Origin: Octopus vulgaris | Taxonomy: Eukaryota | NCBI GenBank assembly: GCA_951406725.2 | Contig: OX597815.1 | Span: 209,994,001-210,058,000 of the forward strand | Length of the DNA: 64,000 nt | Reading direction: 5' to 3' | Part shown: piece by piece, positions 13,826-27,560 of the stretch | Layout of the letters: the number at the start of each line of letters is the position of its first letter | How positions within the stretch are numbered: position 1 is the first letter of the stretch | The notes under the pieces: generated by a model | Database searches by the model: none | Told to the model about the DNA's origin: nothing | The model's input: the letters and a program-made list of their open reading frames with translations, nothing else | Program-made: the position numbers and the translations under genes

Positions 13826-13877
<52 letters not shown>

Positions 13878-13881
<4 letters not shown>

Positions 13882-14211
13882 AAATATTATTAGAGACAAA
13901 ACCACTATTTTGCAAAACAAACAAGGAAAGACTTAATCAATACATAAAATTTTAATAAATAGTCAAAAAAACCGCCACTACAATCGTTTCTTGTCTTGAT
14001 GGACAATCTTCAGGTGGACTTCCAATAAGTCAGTTTCAAACTATGAAGTTTATTTATTAAAATTTTATGTATTGATTAAGTCTTTCCTTGTTTGTTTTGC
14101 AAAATAGTGGTTTTGTCTCTAATAATATTTTATAATATTTTACTATAAAATTGGATTTAATCCTAAATCTGATTTTTTTTCCCTGTAAATTTGGATTTAT
14201 TCCCTAATATT

Positions 14212-14215
<4 letters not shown>
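13878..14215. mobile_element. Penelope-like terminal repeat in inverted configuration within (TA)n
   Basis: 84-bp inverted arms 13878-13961/14051-14134, hammerhead in the spacer, TA tracts on both sides. Confidence 0.75.
13975..14017 (-). ncRNA. Minimal type I hammerhead ribozyme motif, consensus core
   Basis: CCAC-CTGAAGA-TTGTC(catcaa)GACAA-GAAAC-gatt-GTA-GTGG. Confidence 0.75.
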
Positions 14216-14257
<42 letters not shown>

Positions 14258-14567
14258 GTGTGTGTGTGTGTGTGTATGTATATAATATAAATAGAGAGAC
14301 ACAAGTAGAGAGAGAGAGGGGGTAGATAAAAAGACAAATGTAGGAGACAAGGCAATTAAGGAGAGAGAGAGAGAGGGAGATAAGTAGACAGACACAAATA
14401 TCTATCGAAATGCAATTAAGCGTAATGAAATTGTCATGTGAAACGTATAGAACCTGTACCATCATTGTGTTTCTCAAATGTTCGTCTGTCTATCTGTCTA
14501 TCTATTTATCTATCTATTTATCTATCTATTTATCGTTCTCTTTTCTCTCTGTCTCTCTTTCACACAC

Positions 14568-14809
<242 letters not shown>

Positions 14810-17109
14810 CACCTACTGTCTTCGTCTTTTGTCTTTCGTGAATTCTCTCCCTATATATATACAAAAACACACACCATTTGTAGATTCTTAATTATCTATT
14901 CTCGCATTAACACAAAGTTGCTCATGCATATAATAATATATACACGTACACAAACAATACAGACATACATGTATAGAAGCATATATTTATATGGATGGTA
15001 AGATACAGAATTAGATTGTTCGTTTTACAGATCCATGTGTACCCAATTCTTTTTTAACTTTCAAAATGATTATACATGTGTATTTCAATTATTTTAAATT
15101 TTCCTATAGTATATCCTTTTCTCTATTTCGACTTTTCTTTTCTTCTTTCTCTTTCTTTCTTTCTTACTTTCTTTCTTTCTTGCTTTCTTTCTTACCGTCT
15201 GTCTTTCTTTGTTACTCTCTATTACTCTTTCCTTTTTTGTTTTGTTACTAAAATTCCTTTCCTACTTTTAAATATTCTGCAGCACTTTAGTAAGTTTGTA
15301 TTTTTTTCTTTGTCTACTCAACTTATTTCATTTCTGTTTATATGTTACCTTCATTAAATCTATCGAATGTTTTTCTCTCACTATATCAATCAGATTTTTA
15401 TTTGTTACCATCGCTTTCTTTCTGCTGAAACTACCCTTCTTTACATCTTTCTATTTCTCATTTGCAATATTTTCCCTTATTTCTTTTTCTCTTTCTATTT
15501 TGCTCATAATCTTAGTTTCGCTTATTTTGAAGTCTCAGTTGTTTCTGTTCTTCATTCTCTCTACCACAATTTTACTCCGCTAGCATTTTCTCTTTTCCTT
15601 TCTCCAATTTTCATAACTCTCCCCCTTCTCTCTCTCTCTCTCCCTAATATTCACTCAGGCTTTCTATTTGTTCTCTCTACGACTAAGTCATCGAATACAC
15701 ATACACTCACACATATACATTCACTCACATACACACGCAACGACCCACATCCACACACATACAAAAGCACATGTCTGTCTCTGTTGCGGATCTGATAAAT
15801 CACTGCCTCACTTTCTCTCAATCTGCATTTCAATTTTTATTTCGCTTCTCTTCTATTGTTCAAATTCATCACACACCCTCTCTATACCTCTCTTACTACA
15901 CCTTGTCCCCTTTATCTATGTATTTCTTCTCTCTCTCTCTGCCCCCTCTCTCTTTTTCTCTCAGTTTATCTTTCTACTTTCATTTCCCAAACTTATCTAT
16001 TTTATCATTTCTCTCTCTCCTTTTATTTGTTTGGTCTTCTAACTTCCCACCTCTTTGCTGCTACACGCTCTATACGCGCCATGTTTATTTAGTCTTCCAC
16101 TTTCTCCTTCTTTCAACACGCACACTCATCAAGTGTCATACACTAGCTATTTCTTGTCTTTTGCATTTATTTTCTATTTAGATAACTTTTACTATATCTA
16201 ATTCAGTAATTTCTTTCTACCCACCCTTTCCGTTTCTGTCTCTTTGTCTTGCGCATAACACGCCTCACATCCTCCCCGATAAATTTCTTTTTATCTCCAT
16301 TTAAGCGCCATCCTTTCTCATGGAACATATTGCTGTGTATTTTGCAAGCTAGAAAACACAAGAAAACTTTTACTTGCAACTAGAAAATGCTGACTTTCAT
16401 AATGAGGCATCTAGATTTTTTTATGCAAATACTTGATATTTTGGTTGTGTTTACCATCTCATGTTGCTTACTCTTAAATGCCTACGGCATAAAAGATGTA
16501 ATTATTCTCGAAGAATGCCTGTGTATTTGAAGCATGAAAAAATATTTTGCCAATCGTTTATTCAATAGTAACCAAAGGTGAACATTGAAACTTATTCAAT
16601 TCTTTTCCTTGATGGTATATCTTTTTGTAAAATTTCAAATGAATTCGTTGTTGTTAATTGTTGATGCTATTGTTGCTGTTCTAGCATGCAGATTTCAATT
16701 ATCAGTCAAAAGATATTTGTGATTTATTTATATATCTTATTTTTACAGTATTTATTCATACCGTTGTTGGTGTTTAGTTCCTATCGACCCTCACTGGAAA
16801 TACTTTTCAGCTATGGTCGTACGATCTTTTCTTTCATGAATCGTTTCTGTATTACTGCATTCTCTAATCATACCTCATGTATCATACTATTTTTTAAGTC
16901 TCTACAGTGTAATGTTTGAGTATTTTAACTGCTATTTGGTGATGACTGAATACATGGAATACATTGGCACACTATATCTATGAAATCCTTGTATTTACGA
17001 TGAGCGCTGAAATATGTTGTTGTCGTCTATTGTTGTTATTTTAACGTTAATTATTTGCAGCGTAAACAGAAAATTATTGATGGATAATATATACTGTTTT
17101 TCGTGCAAT

Positions 17110-17436
17110 ACGGCCGAATGATTAACAAGCTCACTTCACAACCAAGTACCGGTATCGATCCCAATGCTTTGCATCTTGGGCAATACCATTTTCTGTTGTC
17201 ACATCCCTCCATATCTTGTGAATGAAACCGGCCCAAACTATAGAAAGTACCATTGGAAGTATTGTACCTGAAATTGAAATGACACAGACTTGCCATATCT
17301 ATAAATTGTGCTGGAGACTTTTCTAAGAATTGCATTAAGAGAACACATGATTGTGCAATAATCAGCTACTTACACCTTAATTCAAAAGCACAAAGACCGA
17401 AAAACCAAATCCTCGTCGTCGAACGACGGCGATCCA
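17110..17436 (+). mobile_element. Old SINE: family-B-like head with family-C-like tail
   Basis: The 5' part has atcttgggcaa (CORE-like). The 3' part cagctacttacaccttaatt...cctcgtcgtcgaacgacgg matches the family C tail cagccacttacacgttaattt...cctcgtcgtcgtaaccgacgg. Confidence 0.55.
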
Positions 17437-18942
17437 GTAAATGTTGATTATGAGGATGACTATCGTAATAATGAGGCGGAATAATGAGAAGGAATATAAT
17501 ATTTAGAAACATAATGTTATTTCATAAATCACTATCATGTCATTCACTATTGTTTTATACCTCTTTTTCAGAGGCTTTCCTTACCTGACCATCTCACTTC
17601 ATTCATATATTGAAAAGCAGATTATCTAATACGGTCTTCATGCTTAAGATATGTAGGTAGTGATATTGCTGAATATTAGGATGCGAATACTTTTGACGGT
17701 AACGACATCATCAATAAGTTAACCGTTAACATAAATTATTAGTGTGATTTTCATTGGGTTTATTATATTATCATGTCACGAGTAAACTATAGTTTTTAGT
17801 AGAAAAGCAAGGTTACATGCAATACCAGCGTAAAGACTGCATGAATTATTCCATTCTGTGCTGAGTCTTTTCATACGGTGTCAAATACATACATTTGGAA
17901 ATCGCTGATCCGGCTGTAGACCCTAGCACCATTTCCCACTGTTTAATCACTAGATAATTTGCTTTTATTTGGAAACTGATATTATTAATGCTAATGGATG
18001 GTAACTATTACCATGACAATTATCATCATGGTAGTTACCATCACTATAACCATGATGATGATAGTTATGTTATTTAAGATGTTGCCGTCTATTGTGATGA
18101 TTATGAGGACGAAAATCATAATAATGAAGAGGAATATAACATTAAGAAACATAATGTTATTTCATAAATCATTATGATCTCACTCAGTATTGTTTTATGC
18201 CTCTTTTTCATTGTTGAATATATTCAGTGGTTTTTCACAGAGCTCTTCCTTTTCATAGCAGCTGCGATTTGCATCTTATGTGGCTATTAAAACTTTAATT
18301 CTGCCACTCGGATTCATTAAGCTGAATTATGTTGGCTGTTATTAGAACTACCTTATGGTTTTAGTTAGCCAATCTCTTTATATTCTGAATGATCAATTTG
18401 GCAAATGTAATTTGCCTTTTATTCTTCTGTGGCCACTAGCATTAATACTATATTAATAATGGAGTAATTAAATTAAAATCTTTATCACTGAGCTTCCAAG
18501 CCTTCATTGCTACAATTCCAAATGTATGTTTCTGCTTTGGACTTCGATAATAATAATTTTGTATGAATGTATCAAACAAATGATGCAATTATTTTACTCC
18601 AGGCCAGAGAAAAAAATAATAAACAACTATTTGTGGGATAAGGTTGTATCTCTAGGTTTAAAGCTATCAAAAAATTAAATATCTGAAAAATTATGCTGCA
18701 TTCAATTGTGTTAGATCTCCACCCATTTCTGCTACACTATAAGAACCACGTCTCTTCTCAGGCAGGAAATATAAATGGTACAATATAGAAAACTTATTTC
18801 AATGTCAATATTGGCTTCTACTTCGCTGATCATGCATACATTTGTTTATTGAAGTCTCATATATCTCCCTTTATATCCAATTCATCATCTATATTACTCA
18901 CACTCACACACACATATACACACACATGCACGCAAGAATGTA

Positions 18943-19751
18943 TAGGGTGCGGTGAATAACCTGTCGTCTAAAAATGAAAAGAACACTGACATTTCATGTT
19001 AACAGATATATTTACCAAAATTACATTAAAATATCTTAAAATGTTAAAGTGTAAATTTATTCAATACATTCCCCATTGGCTTCAACTACGCCTTCCAGAC
19101 AACTTTAGAATCTTCTGCAACTCTTCAGGAAGGTATCCTAGTGTAGAGAATGCTGCTATAATCCTTGGCTTCAGTTCAACTTTGCTCTTACGAGGAGTTT
19201 TGTTGGTCTCTCACTTAACTGCGCCCCGAATAAAATAATAAAGAGGGCTGCAGTCCGGGAAGATGTTAGAAGTGATGTGGGTCCTCCTGCTTGTGTGGCA
19301 TGGTGCGGCACCCTGTTGTCAGACATATGATCTTCCAACAGCCCCCCCACTCTTGACTCAGGAAGGAGCACCTCTTCCAAGCACTTGATGTAGGACTCCG
19401 TGTTGAGTGTGAGGCTGTGTGAGAAGATGAATGAAGGCATAACGTCACCATCACTCCAAACACCATAATGTTGACTGAATGTTTGATTTTTATTACTATC
19501 GGAATTTGTCCTCAGATTGACAAACAAACGCTCTGAAATGTTCGTATTGGAGATTTCAGCGTGAATGCCGAGCAGTACAGCATGTCGTTTCGAAATTTCC
19601 GGCAGAATGAATTGCGTCATGGTACCCTTTTATTCACAGACGATACCTAACTGACCCTACTATACTGTGTAGTCGACAAACTCAAAAACAAACAATTCAT
19701 ATACGCAAAATGAAAAATATAAATTGGCGACAATTTGTCCATCGCACGCTG
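18943..19751 (-). mobile_element. Internally deleted Tc1/mariner DNA transposon (maT/DD37D-like)
   Basis: Degenerate ~26-bp TIRs (tagggtgcggtgaataacctgtcg / cagcgtgcgatggacaaattgtcg) with TA flanks. Transposase relic SDGDVMPSFIFSHSLTLNTESYIKCLEEVLLP; downstream remnants resemble the SPDxNPLD and EANG regions. Confidence 0.85.
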
Positions 19752-19767
19752 TACATGTAAGTATATA

Positions 19768-19854
<87 letters not shown>

Positions 19855-19855
<1 letters not shown>

Positions 19856-20300
19856 GTAATAATAGCAATAATTCTTCGATGGAATTTATAAACATTTAAT
19901 TAATGAATTTCTAAACAATTACGCGCGTTTCCACAAGTTACGTGTGTCTTTAGATCACACTCCGTATTCCCGAGATGATCATAGTGTAGTTCATAGTATC
20001 AGTCAGTATCGAGAAGATCCATTTCTTCAGGCAATATAAAATTGAGAGATAAAGGAGGTGTGTGTTGGTATGTTGGATTTATTTTGCTATTCAGTCTGCA
20101 GGTCTCCAGGATGGGTCGTACATTACTTTGTTCGATATCATTTCAGGCATGACTATCATTGATAAATTCTGAATTAAACAGGTCAGCCGGTGCAATACTT
20201 TCATAGGGTGGCCTTTTAATTCTCTGGTTGTACAATGGTATAGCGTACGGCATCCTTAATATGGTTGGTCTGTTTATTTTTTATTTAGTTATATAATTTT
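19855..20300 (-). mobile_element. Penelope-like terminal region with mutated hammerhead (19916-19957)
   Basis: tgat-CTAAAGA-CACA(cgtaact)TGTG-GAAAC-GCGC-GTA-attg; palindromic stem III ACGCGCGT; ends at (TA)n/(CA)n. Confidence 0.55.
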
Positions 20301-20343
20301 TCTAAGCTTCAGTCCAAGGACTGCGGCCATGCTGGGTTACTAC

Positions 20344-20577
20344 CTATTTCTTTATTGCCCACAAGGGGCTAAACATAGAGGGGACAAACATGGACAGACA
20401 TAGGTATCAAGTCGATTATATCGACCCCAGTGCTTAACTGGTATTTAATTTATCGACCCCGAAAGGATGAAAGGCAAAGTCGACCTCGGCGGAATTTGAA
20501 CTCACAACGTAACGGCAGCCGAAATACCGCTAAGCATTTCGCCCGACGTGCTAACGATTCTGCCAGCTCGCCGCCTT
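20344..20577 (-). mobile_element. SINE family A, full-length monomer
   Basis: Complete head, body and tail; 14-bp TSD tgctgggttactac at 20330-20343 and 20578-20591. Confidence 0.93.
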
Positions 20578-20614
20578 TGCTGGGTTACTACGTTTACCTT
20601 GCTACACTTTCAGT

Positions 20615-21332
20615 AAACCACCTCTGATATGTGACATTTGGTGCGTGAAGGAGTTTGACGTTGCTGTCCTCATCTGCAGAACATTTGACAGAATGCGATC
20701 TCGTTTTGTTCTGTAAGCGCCTACATGCACACCGTGCAGGTCTCTCATGCTTTGTGAGAGGATATTGAAGAGCTGTACCTCTTTGAAGCCCACTCTGTTG
20801 CAGTATCTGGTCCTGTATCCTGATGCCAATGTTGGGATCTTTGGTACCATTTAGTATCCCCCTCCCACCGTCCAGCTATTTGTGTAGGTGACAATTCCAA
20901 AGTTTGAAGCAAGCTTTTGTAGGATTTCCTTGTTGTATATTATTGCATATCTTTCCTTCCTTCGCTCCAGGGAGTAGTCTTAACTCTTTCAGTCTCTGTC
21001 AGGTGTTGATATGTTGCTTTGTATCGATCTTACTTGTGTAGCTTTACTTGATCGTCTCAAGTTCTGTCATTAATTTTACAGTGTTTGGTGACCACAGTTG
21101 GGAGCAGTAATCTAGACGGCTGAGAATGAAAGTCCTACAGGAGACCGTCATGGTTTCCTTTTTTTTTTTTTCTTGTTTTGAAAGTTCGAGGGATCCACCC
21201 GGCGAGTCGTCTGCATTTTATTGCCAACTTAGTAATGTGCATCTGGAAAGATGCACCATTACTCATGTCGGTGCCTAGGTCACGCACTGATTTTGATTCA
21301 GAGACTGAAATCCCTCCTGGGTCAGTGTATCC
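20615..21332 (-). pseudogene. CR1-like LINE ORF2 C-terminal relic
   Basis: SVRDLG...FQMHITKLAIKCRRLAGWIPRTF, LSRLDYCSQLWSP, QRLKELRL, YCNRVGFKEVQLFNILSQSMRDLHGV. Confidence 0.85.
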
Positions 21333-22145
21333 TACTGGAACAGCCCTACCATCAACTTGCAGTGAAACAGTTTTCCCCCCTGAAATTACTAAATCTTTTC
21401 AAGGTGATCAATTTCTGTTTTATGACTCAGGACCAGTTGAAAAACATAATGTGATATTTACAAGACGTAATTTACAGTGTTTATCACTAAACAGTCACTA
21501 GTATGCAGGCGGCCCATTTAAACAGTCGCTTTGTTATTTCACCAGTTGTATACCCTACATGGTTTAAAAGAGAAATATTCGCTGCCGCCCATGTTTGCGT
21601 TATTGCCGGACAAAACAGAAGAAACATATATAACTTTTTTTGCACAAGATAAAGATTCTTGAACCATCATGTGCACCATTGACAATATCGATCGATTTTG
21701 AGGAAGTGAATATGAAAGCATTCTTGAAAGAATTTCATAGTGCAGAACAGAATGGTTGCTTTACCCATTTCAGCCAATGTATCTTTCGTGTAGTTCAAAG
21801 TAACGGTTTAAAACGAAAATATGAAAGCGGCCCTAATTTTGCTTTAGTGATGAAGATTCTACCAGCATTAGCAATTGTCCCAGTAGGCACAGTAACAAGA
21901 GCTTTTGAGTTATGTAGTAATAACAGGTTCCTTGGTGAAGCACAAGAAATCATTGATTATTTCGAGGATACGTGGATTGGAAGGCCTAACAGAAGGATGC
22001 GCGAAGCCCACCTCCATTCCCATTAAATATGTGGAATATGTTTTAAAGAATTCTTGATTATTTGCTCAAAACGAATAACTCCGTCGAAGGATAGCATTGA
22101 GCATTCGAAACTCAAGTTGGGTATCATCACCTCTACATCTGGAAA
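21333..22145 (+). pseudogene. MULE (Mutator-like) transposase fragment
   Basis: FLFYDSG, QLYTLHG, FALLPDKTEETY, ISIDFE, GCFTHFSQ, LPALAIVP, IIDYFEDTWIG, KTNNSVEG*H; contains stops and frameshifts. Confidence 0.88.
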
Positions 22146-22702
22146 TCTTCCTGGGACAAAATTGTAGCATTGGCTTGCGTTACGGACATGAAAGTTTTCA
22201 ATTTCATGTACATATCAGGTGTAAAGAGATATTCAGAACTGTCCTTTTTGTTGATTTCTTTCTCAGTTTATTTCCAGTCTGCTTTGTGGTGGTTCACATT
22301 GGAGAGGCTTTGGGCGCTTCTCATGAGCTGCATCTCTGTGGGTTCCTTTGGTTCATACACGATCAACTCTATTATGTTGTAATCTGACATTAGCGTCGGT
22401 GTCCCTTTCACTTTATGGATGAGATCCACATTGTTTGTGAAAGAATATTGTTTGCTCTCGTTCGTTGGAGTATTATTTACTCCATATATAAATTGTTGGT
22501 GAGACTGAGTAGGGATTCCACCTGACTTTGCTCACATCGTGTCATTCCTGAGAGGGAAAGTCCTTCTGGCCATTTCACACTGGGCTCGTTGAAGTTTTCC
22601 ACTAACACTGATATGCTCTACTATTTTGGTTAAGACCTCTTCTATTCTTGCAAGACAGTCTTCGAATAGGCCTGTACGATTTGAGGCATCTGGTGGGCGA
22701 TA
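22146..22702 (-). pseudogene. LINE ORF2 apurinic-endonuclease region relic
   Basis: YRPPDASNRTGLFEDCLARIEEVL followed by a degraded GDFN-like region; same strand as the RT relic at 20615-21332. Confidence 0.7.
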
Positions 22703-23155
22703 TTTAGTACATATATATGTACATATATATATATGTACATATAACGACATATATATGTCGTGTTGGCTGGTGTGTACAATTAGTGTGTCACACTGGCTTT
22801 GAGTGTAACAAAAGTATATGAGGTGTGTGATTTCCACGGATTTATGATGCCTTGGAACTTTACCATGGCTCCTGTCCTTTCTATCGCTTCGCAATACCAC
22901 GTACTAAGATATATATTATTTCTGCATGTGCGTTGTCGCGTTTTAAGTGCATGTCAGTGAGTGCTATGCATAAGGCTTGATTGCATGTCACTAGTTCTCT
23001 CAGGAGATCTAGTTTGCTTGTTTGTATGTGTTCCTTCCTTGTTCTATAATGTGCTATTATTCCGTTTGCATTTTATCAGTACAGCTCTATGCAACCCCAA
23101 AACCTGGTTCACTAGTCAGCATCATTAAACTGTGGTCGGCACAATGGAATATATG

Positions 23156-23218
<63 letters not shown>

Positions 23219-24058
23219 TCCAGAAGGTACACTCGATCATCATTCATATTATCTGACAAGCATGAAAGGAGCTGACATAGAATGCCACCTTTCCTTGCAT
23301 ACGGGTCACATCATTTATTTTGTGGGAAGAATATAGTTTATGATATCAATTATTCCGTTTCCATTATTAATTATTTCATTGTTGTTTCCTGTCTAAGATC
23401 TGCGAATTAATAAGCTTTACCAGATGTATAATTGCATTTATGATACTAATAAATGGAACAAAATATACTACCTGTGATTAGTAATTAGAAGATTCTGAAT
23501 TGCTTTACAGGGTAAAATTATTGCTTGAAATCACTGAAACACGGCCAAGTTTGTGCACTTCACTAAATCCAAATGCCTAGCTAGTGGTATATATAATATA
23601 TATACCACTATTATTTAATTTTTAGCACACACACACACAAGCACACACACACACATATATACACACACAAACACACACACACGTACACAGGTACACAATT
23701 GCATATGTATATATACGACAGGATTCTTTCAGTTTTCATCAATCAAATCTACTCACAAGTCTTTGAACAACCTGAGGCTATAGCAGGAGACATTTGTCCG
23801 AGGAGCCACACGAATCAATGAGGTTGGGAAACAACCTTCTTAATAGAGTCACGTGTGCTAAGTTATGTGAATATCAAGTTGCCTTTATTATCTGTGTCGA
23901 ATCTTGTCAAAACTAAATGCTCAATATTTAAAAGTAGTAGGAAATGGCAGCATCACTGTATATTACGTTCTGTAACATAAATGCTTACTAACATTGCCAC
24001 TGGTTTTAAAAACATAAACACATAAATATTAAATATGTGTGTGTGTGTTTGTGTGTGT

Positions 24059-24089
<31 letters not shown>

Positions 24090-25247
24090 GTGTTCGCATG
24101 AAACCACATTATGTACTTGTAATGTATCATTTCTTTAATGTTTTACATATTCCTTAATTTAAATTGACCATCTTCAAAACGTTTTAAACCTCAAAATATA
24201 TACAATTAATTGAATTTCGATAGTTCATCAGCAGTGTTTGTTTGTTTTGTATTCCTGAAACTATTGTGGAAACGTGCACAAATAATAGTAGTTTGAATAT
24301 GATGCATGGAAATGCTGGGATCTTAAACATATGCTATGGATTGTAATCATATTTTTAAAATTTCTATCCGTATTAGAAAGATGTGGACGCGAGAGAGACA
24401 AAATTGAGATACACAAAGTGTTAGGGAAAGAGAGTGAGATGAATAGACAGACTAACTAGATTGAAAGACAGATAAAGAGAGAGAAAGAGAAAGAGTAAGA
24501 GAGAGAGAGGTAAAAATAGAAGAAAGAGCTTTAGATATAAAGAGAACTAAAATGAAATGAAGATAATGGAAGCACAGAAACTCACCAGGCTCTCGTTTGA
24601 TGGATATTTTTCCATAATTTCTTCCTTTGCTGTCTAATTAGTCAAAATAAATCAAATAAGCATCGAGATAAAAATACAAAGAATACAAAAACAACTTTAT
24701 ATTGCTTTGAGAAGCTTGAAAGCTATATAACAACTTAGAAATGACAATTGCATTTTCTGAAATGAGTAGAAAAATCAGTTATACCTTTCATCAATTATGT
24801 ATTTTTCTAATTAGTGCCACGGATTTTTCAGCAACTAATGACATTCATGTGTGACATTTTATTGATTACAAACATATAATGTTTCTTATAGTTTTTTTTT
24901 TTTTTTTTGGTTTTGTATATATTGATTGTTTATTTTATTTTCTATTCTTTTGATTTGCGTTTTGTTTGTTTTCTTAAATAGTTTATTTCTGAAAACATAA
25001 TGGAAGAAAATTTATTTTAAGTTAAATTTAAGGAAAAACAAGTTATAAATTAAATTCTTTAAATAAAAAACTGATTTTGTGATTATTCAGTAATAAAATA
25101 TGCTAGTCAAATCTAGTATAGTATGACTTGGAATATTTCAATTGTTATTTTAGTGCAAACATTATATTAGAATAGCTATACCACACAAAGTCCAATATTT
25201 AAATTTTCTGTGTTTTAGTACAATATGAAATAGTGTAACTCTGATTA

Positions 25248-25310
<63 letters not shown>

Positions 25311-25602
25311 ACTTTTGATTATAATTGAAGGGAGAAAGATAAATTTTTAAAGTATCTGATTAATGAAAAGAAAAGACTAATATATTTTTGTTATTTTTTT
25401 CTTTAAAAAGACTTTTCAAGTTTCGGTTACAGATGCCGAAGAGCCAATATATTAAAGAATGTAGATACATTTGGGTTTGGAAATCCGATGTTACGCATGT
25501 TAGTAACTTTAGATTATCAAATATGTCCTTCCTCTCTCAGCCCCTATATATGTTATTATTCATTACATATTTCAAGGTTGTTCTGTTGTGAAATTATAGA
25601 TA

Positions 25603-26018
25603 GGCGCAGGAGTGGCTGTGTGGTAAGTAGCTTGCTAAACAACCACACGGTTCCGGGTTCAGTCCCACTGCGTGGCATCTTGGGCAAGTGTCTTCTGCTA
25701 TAGCCCCGGGCCGACTAATGCCTTGTGAGTGGATTTGGTAGACGGAAACTGAAAGAAGCCTGTCGTATATATGTATAAATATATATATGTATGTGTGTGT
25801 TTGTGTGTCTGTGTTTTTCCCCCTAGCATTGCTTGACAACCGATGCTGGCGTGTTTACGTCCCCGTCACTTACCGGTTCGGCAAAAGAGACCGATAGAAT
25901 AAGTACTGGGCTTACAAAGAATAAGTCCCGGGGTCGATTTGCTCGACTAAAGGCGGTGCTCCAGCATGACCGCAGTCAAATGACTGAAACATGTAAAAGA
26001 GTAGAGAGTAAAAGAGTA
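25603..26018 (+). mobile_element. SINE family B (tRNA-derived, CORE-like), full length
   Basis: A-box tggctgtgtgg, B-box-like ggttcagtccc, CORE-like cttgggcaagtgtctt, internal (TA)/(TG) tract, (gtaaaaga)n tail. Confidence 0.92.
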
Positions 26019-26544
26019 TATCGAATTTTTAACTTACTCTTCACTCTTCTTCCTCAGTTTTTAACTCGATATACATCAAATCATACAAACACCCGCGCGC
26101 TCGCAAAAACACACCCAAAGCCAAGCACGCACATGCACGCACACACACGCAATCACACACATACAAACACACACACACACACACACACAAATGTTGTTTT
26201 GAATTTTTTGAGAACAAGTAGAGTGCAAGTCATAAGAGGGTCTACAGTTCTGCCCTGTGATTCACCATTATGGGGTTACGAATATTTCTTCTGAAGATCA
26301 ATGGAGAAATGGTGTCGTCAGCTCAGAAATGTTAAAATACAAAGTAAAAGTTAAACTACCGATTTATATTATTCATAACTTGCATTCTTTTGGATTAAAC
26401 ACAACATTAACATACTTTATATACATACGACAATACTTCAGGCAAATTATGCTGATCTAATATGTGTGTGTGTGTGTGTGTGCGTCTGTGTGAGTGTGTC
26501 TGTGGGAGAGGTGTATTTGTGTGTGAGTATATATATATATGCAT

Positions 26545-26808
26545 ACAATTCATAGAGAAGGGCAAACGAAAAATTGGTTATATTGTCCATTAACCATATA
26601 ATTTTTTCACAATACGTAGAAAAAATTATATGGTTAATGGACAATATGTCCAGTTTTTTGGCATATTTGGCATTAGAAATTTTTTCGTTTGCCCTTATCT
26701 ATGAATTGTTTATAAATTTAACCTTTAAGGGTATTTTTTAATATGCTGGCCATTGATAACATTTTTTTGGGAAAATAATTTTTTTCGAAAAAAGTTTTAT
26801 CCTACATT
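26545..26808. mobile_element. Nested fold-back fragment between TA tracts
   Basis: Inner arms 26580-26608/26619-26647 (29 bp, perfect); outer arms 26545-26573/26681-26709 (1 mismatch). Confidence 0.65.
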
Positions 26809-27107
26809 ATATATATATATATAGTCATACACGTGCATATCAATTAAATAGAGGTAAAACATGGTCTGATTGTTACGTTCTTTATGGTATTTTAACATTA
26901 AACACCATCCTTAAACAAACTTTACTCGGGGAATTGTTAGGTGGAATAGGCTACTCGACCTGAAAAAAATTCTAACTAGATGCCAACTGCACTGTTTATC
27001 TTGATATGAGATCACCATATCACGCATATATATAGTTGAGATGGGTATATTTGGCTTCGTATATTTGTACTCGGCATCATTTTGATAGCATGCACTGTTC
27101 TCTCACT

Positions 27108-27124
27108 TAATAATAATATTGATG

Positions 27125-27203
<79 letters not shown>

Positions 27204-27381
27204 GGACTTAGAAACACGTATAACATACAGAAGATTGCACTTCTAGGCACTGCACACATCCTACGCAGAACACTTTCCATACAATAACCATCAGAGCATC
27301 ACAACAAATCACAGCACATACCTAAGGCACACAGAGCTGCGCTCGGTAGTGAAGTGAAAGCACGATATAAAAATAAAACTA

Positions 27382-27419
<38 letters not shown>

Positions 27420-27529
27420 TAATAATGATAATAATAATAATAATAATAATAATAATATTGATAATAATGATAATAATAATGATAATAATAATAATAATGA
27501 TAATAATAATAATAATGATAATAATAATA

Positions 27530-27560
<31 letters not shown>

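Noticed and set aside
10893-13920. ORFs up to 549 aa (MYVC/HTYI repeats)
   Set aside because: Translations of the (TACA)n microsatellite, open in several frames on both strands.
22755-23142. Possible solo LTR (TGT...ACA, ATTAAA near the end)
   Set aside because: No matching TSD, PBS or second copy.
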